From: Eledone cirrhosa
Taxonomy: Eukaryota
Length of the DNA: 64,000 nt
NCBI GenBank assembly: GCA_964016885.1
Contig: OZ024742.1
Coordinates: 6,944,001 to 7,008,000 of the forward strand
Reading direction: 5' to 3'
Shown: positions 28,101 through 42,000 of the stretch, piece after piece
How positions within the stretch are numbered: position 1 is the stretch's first letter
How the letters are laid out: the number at the start of each line of letters is the position of its first letter
The notes under the pieces: model-generated
Databases searched by the model: none
Told to the model about the DNA's origin: nothing
The model's input: the letters and a program-made list of their open reading frames with translations, nothing else
Program-made: the position numbers and the translations under genes

Positions 28101-29330
28101 ATCCAGTTCAGCCTCTCTCTGGTCATATACTGTCACCAACATCTAGTTCAGCCTCTTTTTGGTAATATACTGTCACCAACATCCAGTTCAGCCTTTCTCT
28201 GGTAATATACTGTCACCAACATCCAGTTCAGCCTCTCTCTGGTAATATACTGTCACCACCATCCAGTTCAGCCTCTCTATGGTAATATACTGTCACCAAC
28301 ATCTAGTTCAGCCTCTTTCTGGTAATATACTGTCACCAACATCCAGTTCAGCCTTTCTCTGGTAATATACTGTCACCAACATCCAGTTCAGCCTCTCTCT
28401 GGTAATATACTGTCACAAACATCCAGTTCAGCCTCTCTCTGGGAATATACTGTCACTACCATCCAGTTCAGCCTCTCTCTGGTAATATACTGTCACAAAC
28501 ATCCAGTTCAGCCTCTTTCTGGTAATATACTGTCACTACCATCCAGTTCAGCCTCTTTCTGGTAATATACTGTCACCAACATCCAGTTCAGCCTTTCTCT
28601 GGTAATATACTTTCACCAACATCCAGTTCAGACTCTCTCTGGTAATATACTGTCACCACCATCCAGTTCAGCCTCTCGATGGTAATATACTGTCACCAAC
28701 ATCCAGTTCAGCCTCTGTCTGGTAATATACTGTTACAAACATACAGTTCAGCCTCTCTCTGGGAATATACTGTCACTACCATCCAGTTCAGCCTCTCTCT
28801 GGTAATATACTGTCACCAGCATCCAGTTCAGCCTCTCTGTGGTAATATACTGTCACAAACATACAGTTCAGCCTCTCTCTGGTACTATACTGTCACCAAC
28901 ATGCAGTTCAGCCTCTCTCTGGTAATATACTCTCACCAACATACAGTTCAGCTTCTCTCTGGTAATATACTGTCACCAACATCCAGTTCAGCTTCTCTCT
29001 GGTAATATACTCTCACCAACATCCAGTTCAGCTTCTCTCTGTTAATATACTGTCACCAACATCCAGTTCAGCCTCTCTCTGGTAATATACTGTCACCAAC
29101 ATCCAGTTCAGCTTCTCTCTGGTAATATAGTGTCACCACCATCCAGTTCAGCCTCTCTCTGGTAATATACTGTCACCGACACCCAGTCCAGCTTCTCTCT
29201 GTTAATATACTGTCACCAACATCCAGTTCAGCTTCTCTCTGGTAATATACTGTCACCAACACCCAATTCAGCTTCTCTCTGTTAATATACTGTCACCAAC
29301 ACACAGTTCAGCTTCTCTCTCGTGATATAC
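15531..29330 (+). repeat. Tandem duplication of a 6,000-bp (150-monomer) unit; copy A (15531-23330) is 7,800 bp because of an internal 1,800-bp duplication, copy B is 23331-29330
   Basis: Markers exactly 6,000 apart: TGTCACAAAA 19531/25531, GCCTTTCTGT 19951/25951, ATCCATTTCA 21101/27101, GCCTCTTTTT 22151/28151, ORFs 22679/28679, ACCCAATTCA 23261/29261. GGTAAAATAC at 15721 matches 23521 (offset 7,800). Confidence 0.92.
15841..19440 (+). repeat. Tandem duplication, 1,800-bp unit (45 monomers), two copies, nested in copy A of the 6-kb unit
   Basis: GTTTTTCTCT 15991/17791, ATCCAGCTTA 16781/18581, TGTCACTAAT 17171/18971 and GCCACTCTCT 17351/19151 are all 1,800 apart. Confidence 0.92.
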
Positions 29331-30480
29331 TGTCACCAACATCCAGTTCAGCTTCTCTCTGGTAATATACTGTCACCAACATCCAGTTCAGCCTTTCTCT
29401 GGTAATATACTGTCACCAACATCCAGTTCAGCCTCTCTCTGGTAATATACTGTCACCAACATCCAGTTCAGCCTTTCTCTGGTAATATACTGTCACCAAC
29501 ATCCAGTTCAGCCTCTCTCTGGTAATATACTGTCACCACCATCCAGTTCAGCCTCTCTATGGTAATATACTGTCACCAACATCTAGTTCAGCCTCTTTCT
29601 GGTAATATACTGTCACCAACATCCAGTTCAGCCTTTCTCTGGTAATATACTGTCACCAACATCCAGTTCAGCCTCTCTCTGGTAATATACTGTCACCAAC
29701 ATCCAGTTCAGCCTTTCTCTGGTAATATACTGTCACCAACATCCAGTTCAGCCTCTCTCTGGTAATATACTGTCACCACCATCCAGTTCAGCCTCTCTAT
29801 GGTAATATACTGTCACCAACATCTAGTTCAGCCTCTTTCTGGTAATATACTGTCACCAACATCCAGTTCAGCCTTTCTCTGGTAATATACTGTCACCAAC
29901 ATCCAGTTCAGCCTTTCTCTGGTAATATACTGTCACCAACATCCAGTTCAGCCTTTCTCTGGTAATATACTGTCACTAACATCCAGTCCAGCCTTTCTCT
30001 GGTAATATACTGTCACAAACATCCAGTTCAGCCTGTCTCTGGGAATATACTGTCACTACCATCCAATTCAGCCTCTCTCTGGTCATATACTGTCAGAAAC
30101 ATCCAGTTCAGCCTCTCTCTGGTAATATACTGTCACTACCATCCAGTTCAGCCTCTTTCTGGTAATATACTGTCACCAACATCCAGTTCAGCCTTTCTCT
30201 GGTAATATACTGTCACCACCATCCAGTTCAGCCTTTCTCTGGTAATATACTTTCACCAACATCCAGTTCAGCCTCTCTCTGGGAATATACTGTCATTACC
30301 ATCCAGTTCAGCCTCTCTCTGGTAACGTACTGTCACCACCATCCAGTTCAGCCTCTCTCTGGTAATATACCGTCACCAACATCTAGTTCAGCCTCTTTCT
30401 GGTAATATACTGTCACCAACATCCAGTTCAGCCTTTCTCTGGTAATATACTTTCACCAACATCCAGTTCAGCCTCTCTCT

Positions 30481-33400
30481 GGTAATATACTGTCACCAAC
30501 ACACAGTTCAGCTTCTCTCTCGTGATATACTGTCACCAATATCCGGTTCAGCTTCTCTCTGGTAATATACTGTCACCAACATCCAGTTTAGTTTCTCTCT
30601 GGTAATATAGTGTCACCAACATCTAGTACAGCCTCTCTCTGGTAATATACTGTCACCAACATCCAGTTCAACTTCACTCCGATGATATACGGTCACCAAC
30701 ATCCAGTTCAATTTCTCTCTGGTAATATACTGTCACCAACATCCAGTTCAGCATTTCTCTGGTAATATACTGTCACCAACATCCAGTTCAGCCTCTCTCT
30801 GGTAATATACTGTCACCACCATCCAGTTCAGCCTCTCTCTGGTAATATACTGTCACCAACATCCAGTTCAGCGTCTCTCTGGTAATATACTGTCACCACC
30901 ATCCAGTTCAGCCTCTCTCTGGTAATATACTGTCACAAACATCCAGTTCAGCCTATCTCTGGTAATATACTGTCACTACCATCCAGTTCAGCCTCTCTCT
31001 GGTAATATACTGTCACCAACATCCAGTTCAGCGTCTCTCTGGTAATATACTGTCACCACCATCCAGTTCAGCCTCTCTCTGGTAATATACTGTCACAAAC
31101 ATCCAGTTCAGCCTCTCTCTGGTAATATACTGTCACTACCATCCAGTTCAGCCTCTTTCTGGTAATATACTGTCACCAACATCCAGTTCAGCTTTTTTCT
31201 GGTAATATACTGTCACCAACATCCAGTTCAGCCTCTCTCTGGTAACATACTGTCACTAACATCCATTTCAGCCTCTCTCTGGTAATATACCGTCCCCAAC
31301 ATCTAGTTCAGCCTCTTTCTGGTAATATACTGTCACCAACATCCAGTTCAGCCTTTCTCTGGTAATATACTGTCACCAACATCCAGTTCAGCCTCTCGCT
31401 GGTAATATACTGTCACCACCATCCAGTTCAGCCTCTCTATGGTAATATACTGTCACCAACATACAGTTCAGCCTCTTTCTGGTAATATACTGTCACCAAC
31501 ATCCAGTTCAGCCTTTCTCTGGTAATATACTGTCACCAACATCCAGTTCAGCCTCTCTCTGGTAATATACTGTCACCAACATCCAGTTCAGCCTCTCTGT
31601 GGTAATATACTGTCACCATCATGCAGTTCAGCTTCTCTCTGGTAATATACTGTCACCAACATCCAGTTTAGTTTCTCTCTGGTAATATAGTGTCACCAAC
31701 ATCCAGTTTAGTTTCTCTCTGGTAATATAGTGTCACCAACATCTAGTACAGCCTCTCTCTGGTAATATACTGTCACCAACATCCAGTTCAGCTTCACTCC
31801 GGTGATATACGGTCACCAACATCCAGTTCAATTTCTCTCTGGTAATATACTGTCACCAACATCCAGTTCAGCCTTTCTCTGGTAATATACTTTCACCAAC
31901 ATCCAGTTCAGCCTCTCTCTGGTAATATACTGTCACCACCATCCAGTTCAGCCTCTCTCTGGTAATATACTGTCACCACTATCCAGTTCAGCCTCTCTCT
32001 GGTAATATACTGTCACAAACTTCCAGTTCAGCCTATCTCTGGTAATATACTGTCACTACCATCCAGTTCAGTCTCTCTCTGGTAATATACTGTCACTACC
32101 ATCCAGTTCAGCCTCTTTCTGGTAATATACTGTCACCAACATCCAGTTCAGCCTTTCTCTGGTAATATACTGTCACCAACATCCAGTTCAGCCTCTCTCT
32201 GGTAACATACTGTCACCACTATCCAGTTCAGCCTCTCTCTGGTCATATACTGTCACCAACATCTAGTTCAGCCTCTTTTTGGTAATATACTGTCACCAAC
32301 ATCCAGTTCAGCCTTTCTCTGGTAATATACTGTCACCAACATCCAGTTCAGCCTCTCTCTGGTAATATACTGTCACCACCATCCAGTTCAGCCTCTCTAT
32401 GGTAATATACTGTCACCAACATCTAGTTCAGCCTCTTTCTGGTAATATACTGTCACCAACATCCAGTTCAGCCTTTCTCTGGTAATATACTGTCACCAAC
32501 ATCCAGTTCAGCCTCTCTCTGGTAATATACTGTCACAAACATCCAGTTCAGCCTCTCTCTGGGAATATACTGTCACTACCATCCAGTTCAGCCTCTCTCT
32601 GGTAATATACTGTCACAAACATCCAGTTCAGCCTCTTTCTGGTAATATACTGTCACTACCATCCAGTTCAGCCTCTTTCTGGTAATATACTGTCACCAAC
32701 ATCCAGTTCAGCCTTTCTCTGGTAATATACTGTCACCAGCATCCAGTTCAGCCTCTCTGTGGTAATATACTGTCACAAACATACAGTTCAGCCTCTCTCT
32801 GGTACTATACTGTCACCAACATGCAGTTCAGCCTCTCTCTGGTAATATACTCTCACCAACATACAGTTCAGCTTCTCTCTGGTAATATACTGTCACCAAC
32901 ATCCAGTTCAGCTTCTCTCTGGTAATATACTCTCACCAACATCCAGTTCAGCTTCTCTCTGTTAATATACTGTCACCAACATCCAGTTCAGCCTCTCTCT
33001 GGTAATATACTGTCACCAACATCCAGTTCAGCTTCTCTCTGGTAATATAGTGTCACCACCATCCAGTTCAGCCTCTCTCTGGTAATATACTGTCACCGAC
33101 ACCCAGTCCAGCTTCTCTCTGTTAATATACTGTCACCAACATCCAGTTCAGCTTCTCTCTGGTAATATACTGTCACCAACACCCAATTCAGCTTCTCTCT
33201 GTTAATATACTGTCACCAACACACAGTTCAGCTTCTCTCTCGTGATATACTGTCACCAACATCCAGTTCAGCTTCTCTCTGGTAATATACTGTCACCAAC
33301 ATCCAGTTCAGCCTTTCTCTGGTAATATACTGTCACCAACATCCAGTTCAGCCTCTCTCTGGTAATATACTGTCACCAACATCCAGTTCAGCCTTTCTCT

Positions 33401-34300
33401 GGTAATATACTGTCAACAACATCCAGTTCAGCCTCTCTCTGGTAATATACTGTCACCACCATCCAGTTCAGCCTCTCTATGGTAATATACTGTCACCAAC
33501 ATCTAGTTCAGCCTCTTTCTGGTAATATACTGTCACCAACATCCAGTTCAGCCTTTCTCTGGTAATATACTGTCACCAACATCCAGTTCAGCCTCTCTCT
33601 GGTAATATACTGTCACCAACATCCAGTTCAGCCTTTCTCTGGTAATATACTGTCACCAACATCCAGTTCAGCCTCTCTCTGGTAATATACTGTCACCACC
33701 ATCCAGTTCAGCCTCTCTATGGTAATATACTGTCACCAACATCTAGTTCAGCCTCTTTCTGGTAATATACTGTCACCAACATCCAGTTCAGCCTTTCTCT
33801 GGTAATATACTGTCACCAACATCCAGTTCAGCCTTTCTCTGGTAATATACTGTCACCAACATCCAGTTCAGCCTTTCTCTGGTAATATACTGTCACTAAC
33901 ATCTAGTCCAGCCTTTCTCTGGTAATATACTGTCACAAACATCCAGTTCAGCCTGTCTCTGGGAATATACTGTCACTACCATCCAATTCAGCCTCTCTCT
34001 GGTCATATACTGTCACCACCATCCAGTTCAGCCTTTCTCTGGTAATATACTTTCACCAACATCCAGTTCAGCCTCTCTCTGGGAATATACTGTCATTACC
34101 ATCCAGTTCAGCCTCTCTCTGGTAACATACTGTCACCACCATCCAGTTCAGCCTCTCTCTGGTAATATACCGTCACCAACATCTAGTTCAGCCTCTTTCT
34201 GGTAATATACTGTCACCAACATCCAGTTCAGCCTTTCTCTGGTAATATACTTTCACCAACATCCAGTTCAGCCTCTCTCTGGTAATATACTGTCACCACC
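30481..34300 (+). repeat. Third, partial copy of the block in the 6-kb unit plus its downstream flank (matches about 26321-30480, with internal whole-monomer deletions)
   Basis: ATCCGGTTCA 26381/30541 and ATCCATTTCA 27101/31261 are offset by 4,160. GCCTGTCTCTGGGAA 30031/33951 is offset by 3,920. Confidence 0.85.
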
Positions 34301-35880
34301 ATCCAGTTCAGCCTCTCGATGGTAATATACTGTCACCAACATCTAGTTCAGCCTCTTTCTGGTAATATACTGTCACCAACATCCAGTTCAGCCTCTCTCT
34401 GGTACTATACTGTCACCAACATGCAGTTCAGCCTCTCTCTGGTAATATACTCTCACCAACATCCAGTTCAGATTCTCTCTGGTAATATACTGTCACCAAC
34501 ATCCAGTTCAGCTTCTCTCTGGTAATATACTCTCACCAACATCCAGTTCAGCTTCTCTCTGTTAATATACTGTCACCAACACCCAGTTCAGCTGCTCTCT
34601 GGTGATATACTGTCACCAACATCCAGTTCAGCTCCTCTCTGGCAATATACTGTCAACACCATCCAGTTCAGCTTCTCTCTGGTAATATACTGTCACCAAC
34701 ATCCAGTTCAGCCTCTCTCTGGTAATATACTGTCACCAACATCCAGTTCAGCTTCTCTCTGGTGATAAACTGTCAAAAGCATCCAGTTCAGCTTCTCTCT
34801 GGTAATATACTGTTACCACGATCCAGTTCAGCTTCTCTCTGCTAATATACTGTCACCAACATCCAGTTCAGCCTCTCTCTGGTAATATACTGTCACCAAC
34901 ATCCAGTTCAGCCTCTCTCTGGTAATATACTGTCACCAACATCCAGTTCAGCTTCTCTCTGTTAATATACGGCCACCAACATCCAGTTCAATTTCTCTCT
35001 GGTAATATACTGTCACCAACATCCAGTTCAGCCTTTCTCTGGTAATATACTGTCACCAACATCCAGTTCAGCCTCTCTCTGGTAATATACTGTCACCACC
35101 ATCCAGTTCAGCCTCTCTCTGGTAATATACTGTCACCAAAATCCAGTTCAGCGTCTCTCTGGTAATATACTGTCACCACCATCCAGTTCAGCCTCTCTCT
35201 GGTAATATACTGTCACAAACATCCAGTTCAGCATATCTCTGGTAATATACTGTCACTACCATCCAGTTCAGCCTCTCTCTGGTAATATACTGTCACTAAC
35301 ATCCAGTTCAGCCTCTTTCTGGTAATATACTGTCACCAACATCCAGTTCAGCCTTTCTCTGGTAATATACTGTCACCAACATCCAGTTCAGCCTCTCTCT
35401 GGTAACATAATGTCACCAACATCCAGTTCAGCCTCTCTCTGGTAATATACTGTCACCAACATCCAGTTCAGCCTCTCTCTGGTAACATACTGTCACCACC
35501 ATCCAGTTCAGCCTCTCTCTGGTAATATACTGTCACCAACATCTAGTTCAGCCACTTTCTGGTAATATACTGTCACCAACATCCAATTCAGCCTTTCTCT
35601 GGTAATATACTGTCACCAACATCCAGTTCAGCCTCTGTCTGGTAATATACTGTCACCACCATCCAGTTCAGCCTCTCTATGGTAATATACTGTCACCAAC
35701 ATCTAGTTCAGCCTCTTTCTGGTAATATACTGTCACCAACATCCAGTTCAGCCTTTCTCTGGTAATATACTGTCACCAACATCCAGTTCAGCCTCTCTCT
35801 GGTAATATACTGTCACAAACATCCAGTTCAGCCTCTCTCTGGGAATATACTGTCACTACCATCCAGTTCAGCCTTTCTCT

Positions 35881-38800
35881 GGTAATATACCGTCACCAAC
35901 ATCTAGTTCAGCCTCTTTCTGGTAATATACTGTCACCAACATCCAGTTCAGCCTTTCTGTGGTAATATACTGTCACCAACATACAGTTCAGCCTCTCTCT
36001 GGTACTATACTGTCACCAACATGCAGTTCAGACTCTCTCTGGTAATATACTCTCACCAACATCCAGTTCAGCTTCTCTGTGGTAATATACTGTCACCAAC
36101 ATCCAGTTCAGCTTCTCTCTGGTAATATACTCTCACCAACATCCAGTTCAGCTTCTCTCTGTTAATATACTGTCACCACCATCCAGTTCAGCCTCCCTCT
36201 GGTAATATACTGTCACCGACCCCCAGTCCAGCTTCTCTCTGTTAATATACTGTCACCAACATCCAGTTCAGCTTCTCTCTGGTAATATACTGTCACCAAC
36301 ACCCAGTTCAGCTTCTCTCTGTTAATATACTGTCACCAACACACAGTTCAGCTTCTCTCTCGTGATATACTGTCACCAATATCCGGTTCAGCTTCTCTCT
36401 GGTAATATACTGTCACCAACATCCAGTTTAGTTTCTCTCTGGTAATATAGTGTCACCAACATCTAGTACAGCCTCTCTCTGGTAATATACTGTCACCAAC
36501 ATCCAGTTCAACTTCACTCCGGTGATATACGGTCACCAACATCCAGTTCAATTTCTCTCTGGTAATATACTGTCACCAACATCCAGTTCAGCATTTCTCT
36601 GGTAATATACTGTCACCAACATCCAGTTCAGCCTCTCTCTGGTAATATACTGTCACCACCATCCAGTTCAGGCTCTCTCTGGTAATATACTGTCACCAAC
36701 ATCCAGTTCAGCGTCTCTCTGGTAATATACTGTCACCACCATCCAGTTCAGCCTCTCTCTGGTAATATACTGTCACAAACATCCAGTTCAGCCTATCTCT
36801 GGTAATATACTGTCACTACCATCCAGTTCAGCCTCTCTCTGGTAATATACTGTCACCAACATCCAGTTCAGCGTCTCTCTGGTAATATACTGTCACCACC
36901 ATCCAGTTCAGCCTCTCTCTGGTAATATACTGTCACAAACATCCAGTTCAGCCTCTCTCTGGTAATATACTGTCACTACCATCCAGTTCAGCCTCTTTCT
37001 GGTAATATACTGTCACCAACATCCAGTTCAGCCTTTTTCTGGTAATATACTGTCACCAACATCCAGTTCAGCCTCTCTCTGGTAACATACTGTCACTAAC
37101 ATCCATTTCAGCCTCTCTCTGGTAATATACCGCCCCCAACATCTAGTTCAGCCTCTTTCTGGTAATATACTGTCACCAACATCCAGTTCAGCCTTTCTCT
37201 GGTAATATACTGCCACCAACATCCAGTTCAGCCTCTCGCTGGTAATATACTGTCACCACCATCCAGTTCAGCCTCTCTATGGTAATATACTGTCACCAAC
37301 ATACAGTTCAGCCTCTTTCTGGTAATATACTGTCACCAACATCCAGTTCAGCCTTTCTCTGGTAATATACTGTCACCAACATCCAGTTCAGCCTCTCTCT
37401 GGTAATATACTGTCACCAACATCCAGTTCAGCCTCTCTGTGGTAATATACTGTCACCATCATGCAGTTCAGCTTCTCTCTGGTAATATACTGTCACCAAC
37501 ATCCAGTTTAGTTTCTCTCTGGTAATATAGTGTCACCAACATCCAGTTTAGTTTCTCTCTGGTAATATAGTGTCACCAACATCTAGTACAGCCTCTCTCT
37601 GGTAATATACTGTCACCAACATCCAGTTCAGCTTCACTCCGGTGATATACGGTCACCAACATCCAGTTCAATTTCTCTCTGGTAATATACTGTCACCAAC
37701 ATCCAGTTCAGCCTTTCTCTGGTAATATACTTTCACCAACATCCAGTTCAGCCTATCTCTGGTAATATACTGTCACCATCATCCAGCTCAGCCTCTCTCT
37801 GGTAATATACTGTCACCACCATCCAGTTCAGCCTCTCTCTGGTAATATACTGTCACCACTATCCAGTTCAGCCTCTCTCTGGTAATATACTGTCACAAAC
37901 TTCCAGTTCAGCCTATCTCTGGTAATATACTGTCACTACCATCCAGTTCAGTCTCTCTCTGGTAATATACTGTCACTACCATCCAGTTCAGCCTCTTTCT
38001 GGTAATATACTGTCACCAACATCCAGTTCAGCCTTTCTCTGGTAATATACTGTCACCAACATCCAGTTCAGCCTCTCTCTGGTAACATACTGTCACCACT
38101 ATCCAGTTCAGCCTCTCTCTGGTCATATACTGTCACCAACATCTAGTTCAGCCTCTTTTTGGTAATATACTGTCACCAACATCCAGTTCAGCCTTTCTCT
38201 GGTAATATACTGTCACCAACATCCAGTTCAGCCTCTCTCTGGTAATATACTGTCACCACCATCCAGTTCAGCCTCTCTATGGTAATATACTGTCACCAAC
38301 ATCTAGTTCAGCCTCTTTCTGGTAATATACTGTCACCAACATCCAGTTCAGCCTTTCTCTGGTAATATACTGTCACCAACATCCAGTTCAGCCTCTCTCT
38401 GGTAATATACTGTCACAAACATCCAGTTCAGCCTCTCTCTGGGAATATACTGTCACTACCATCCAGTTCAGCCTCTCTCTGGTAATATACTGTCACAAAC
38501 ATCCAGTTCAGCCTCTTTCTGGTAATATACTGTCACTACCATCCAGTTCAGCCTCTTTCTGGTAATATACTGTCACCAACATCCAGTTCAGCCTTTCTCT
38601 GGTAATATACTTTCACCAACATCCAGTTCAGACTCTCTCTGGTAATATACTGTCACCACCATCCAGTTCAGCCTCTCGATGGTAATATACTGTCACCAAC
38701 ATCCAGTTCAGCCTCTGTCTGGTAATATACTGTTACAAACATACAGTTCAGCCTCTCTCTGGGAATATACTGTCACTACCAACCAGTTCAGCCTCTCTCT

Positions 38801-39050
38801 GGTAATATACTGTCACCAGCATCCAGTTCAGCCTCTCTGTGGTAATATACTGTCACAAACATACAGTTCAGCCTCTCTCTGGTACTATACTGTCACCAAC
38901 ATGCAGTTCAGCCTCTCTCTGGTAATATACTCTCACCAACATACAGTTCAGCTTCTCTCTGGTAATATACTGTCACCAACATCCAGTTCAGCTTCTCTCT
39001 GGTAATATACTCTCACCAACATCCAGTTCAGCTTCTCTCTGTTAATATAC
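35881..39050 (+). repeat. Fourth, partial copy of the same block (matches 25881-29050, offset 10,000 bp = 250 monomers)
   Basis: GCCTTTCTGT 25951/35951, ATCCGGTTCA 26381/36381, ATCCATTTCA 27101/37101, GCCTCTTTTT 28151/38151, ORFs 28679/38679. Confidence 0.9.
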
Positions 39051-42000
39051 TGTCACCAACATCCATTTCAGCTGCTCTCTGGTGATATACTGTCACCAAC
39101 ATCCAGTTCAGCTCCTCTCTGGTAATATACTGTCAACACCATCCAGTTCAGCTTCTCTCTGGTAATATACTGTCACCAACATCCAGTTCAGCCTCTCTCT
39201 GGTAATATACTGTCACCAACATCCAGTTCAGCAGCTCTTTGGTAATATACTGTCACTACCATTCAGTTGAGCCTCTCTCTGGTAATATACTGTCACCAAC
39301 ACCCAGTTCAGCTTCTCTCTGTTAATATACTGTCACCAACATCCAGTTCAGCTTCTCTCTGGTAATATACTGTCATCAACATCCAGTTCAGCTTCTCTCT
39401 GGTGATATACTGTCACGAACATCCAGTGCAGCCTCTCTATGGTAATATACTCTCACCAACATCCAGTTCAGCTTCTCTCTGGTAATATACTGTCACCAAC
39501 ATCCAGTTCAGCTTCTCTCTGGTAATATACTGTTACCACGATCCAGTTCAACTTCTCTCTGCTAATATACTGTTACCAACATCCAGTTCAGCCTCTCTCT
39601 GGTAATATACTGTCAACAACATCCAGTTCAGCTTCTCTCTGGTAATATACTGTCACCACCATCCAGTTCAGCCACTCTCTGGTAATATACTGTCACCGAC
39701 ACCCAGTCCAGCTTATCTCTGTTAATATACTGTCAGCAACATCCAGTTCAGCTTCTCTCTGGTAATATACTGTCACCAACATCCAGTTTAGTTTCTCTCT
39801 GGTAAATAGTGTCACCAACATCTAGTTCAGCCTCTCTCTGGTAATATACTGTCACCAACATCCAGTTCAGCTTCACTCCGGTGATATACGGTCACCAACA
39901 TCCAGTTCAGCCTCTCTCTGGTAATATACTGTCACTACTATCCAGTTCAGCCTCTCTCTGGTAATATACCGTCACCAACATCCAGTTCAGCCTCTCTCTG
40001 GTAATATACTGTCACCAAATTCCAGTTCAGCCTCTCTCTGGTAATATACTGTCACCAACATGCAGTTCAGCTTCTCTCTGGTAATATACTCTCACCACCA
40101 TCCAGTTCAGCTTCTCTCTGGTAATATACTGTCACCAACATCCAGTTCAGCTTCTCTCTGGTAATATACTGTCACTACCATCCAGTTCAGCGTTTCTCTG
40201 GTAATATACCTTCACCAACATCCAGTTCGGCCTCTCTCTGGTAATATACTGTCACCCCCATCCAGTTCAGCTTCTCTCTGGTGATATACTCTCACCAACA
40301 TCCAGTTCAGCTTCTCTCTGGTGATATACTCTCACCAACATGAAGTTCAGCTTCTCTCTGGTAATATACTGTCACCACCATCCAGTTCAGCCGCTCTCTG
40401 GTAATATACTGTCACTACCATCCAGTTCAGCCTCTTTCTGGTAATATACTGTCACCTACATCCAGTTCAGCCTTTCTCTGGTAATATACTGTCACCAACA
40501 TCCAGTTCAGCCTCTCTCTGGTAACATACTGTCACCACCATCTAGTTCAGCCTCTTTCTGGTAATATACTGTCACCAACATCCAGTTCAGCCTTTCTCTG
40601 GTAATATACTGTCACCAACATACAGTTCAGCCTCTCTCTGGTAATATACTGTCACCAACATGCAGTTCAGCCTCTCTCTGGTAATATACTCTCACCAACA
40701 TCCAGATCAGCTTCTCTCTGTTAATATACTGTCACCAACATCCAGTTCAGCTGCTCTCTGGTGATATACTGTCACCAACATCCAGTTCAGCTCCTCTCTG
40801 GTAATATACTGTCAACACCATCCAGTTCAGCTTCTCTCTGGTAATATACTGTCACCAACATCCAGTTCAGCCTCTCTCTGGTAATATACTGTCACCAACA
40901 TCCAGTTCAGCAGCTCTTTGGTAATATACTGTCACTACCATTCAGTTGAGCCTCTCTCTGGTAATATACTGTCACCAACACCCAGTTCAGCTTCTCTCTG
41001 TTAATATACTGTCACCAACATCCAGTTCAGCTTCTCTCTGGTAATATACTGTCACCAACATCCAGTTCAGCTTCTCTCTGGTGATATACTGTCACGAACA
41101 TCCAGTTCAGCCTCTCTCTGGTAATATACTGTCACAAACATCCAGTTCAGCCTCTCTCTGGGAATATACTGTCACTACCATCCAGTTCAGCCTCTCTCTG
41201 GTAATATACTGTCACCAACATCTAGTTCAGCCTCTTTCTGGTAATATACTGTCACCAACATCCAGTTCAGCCTCTCTGTGGTAATATACTGTCACCAACA
41301 TACAGTTCAGCCTCTCTCTGGTGATATACTGTCACCAACATGCAGTTCAGCCTCTCTCTGGTGATATACTGTCACCAACATCCAGTTCAGCTTCTCTCTG
41401 GTAATATACTGTCACCAACATGCAGTTCAGCCTCTCTCTGGTGATATACTGTCACCAACATCCAGTTCAGCTTCTCTCTGGTAATATACTGTCACGAACA
41501 TACAGTTCAGCCTCTCTCTGGTAATATACTGTCACCAACATGCAGTTCAGCCTCTCTCTGGTAATATACTCTCACCAACATCCAGTTCAGCTTCTCTCTG
41601 GTAATATACTGTCACCAACATCCAGTTCAGCTTCTCTCTGGTAATATACTCTCACCAACATCCAGTTCAGCTTCTCTCTGTTAATATACTGTCACCAACA
41701 TCCATTTCAGCTGCTCTCTGGTGATATACTGTCACCAACATCCAGTTCAGCTCCTCTCTGGTAATATACTGTCAACACCATCCAGTTCAGCTTCTCTCTG
41801 GTAATATACTGTCACCAACATCCAGTTCAGCCTCTCTCTGGTAATATACTGTCACCAACATCCAGTTCAGCAGCTCTTTGGTAATATACTGTCACTACCA
41901 TTCAGTTGAGCCTCTCTCTGGTAATATACTGTCACCAACACCCAGTTCAGCTTCTCTCTGTTAATATACTGTCACCAACATCCAGTTCAGCTTCTCTCTG

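Noticed and set aside
22679-38679. Round offsets of 6,000 and 10,000 bp as a sign of synthetic or pasted sequence
   Set aside because: Any whole-monomer offset is a multiple of 40, so round values are expected. The copies carry private substitutions (e.g. ATGCAG 22781, ATCCAG 28781, AACCAG 38781) and other offsets are not round.
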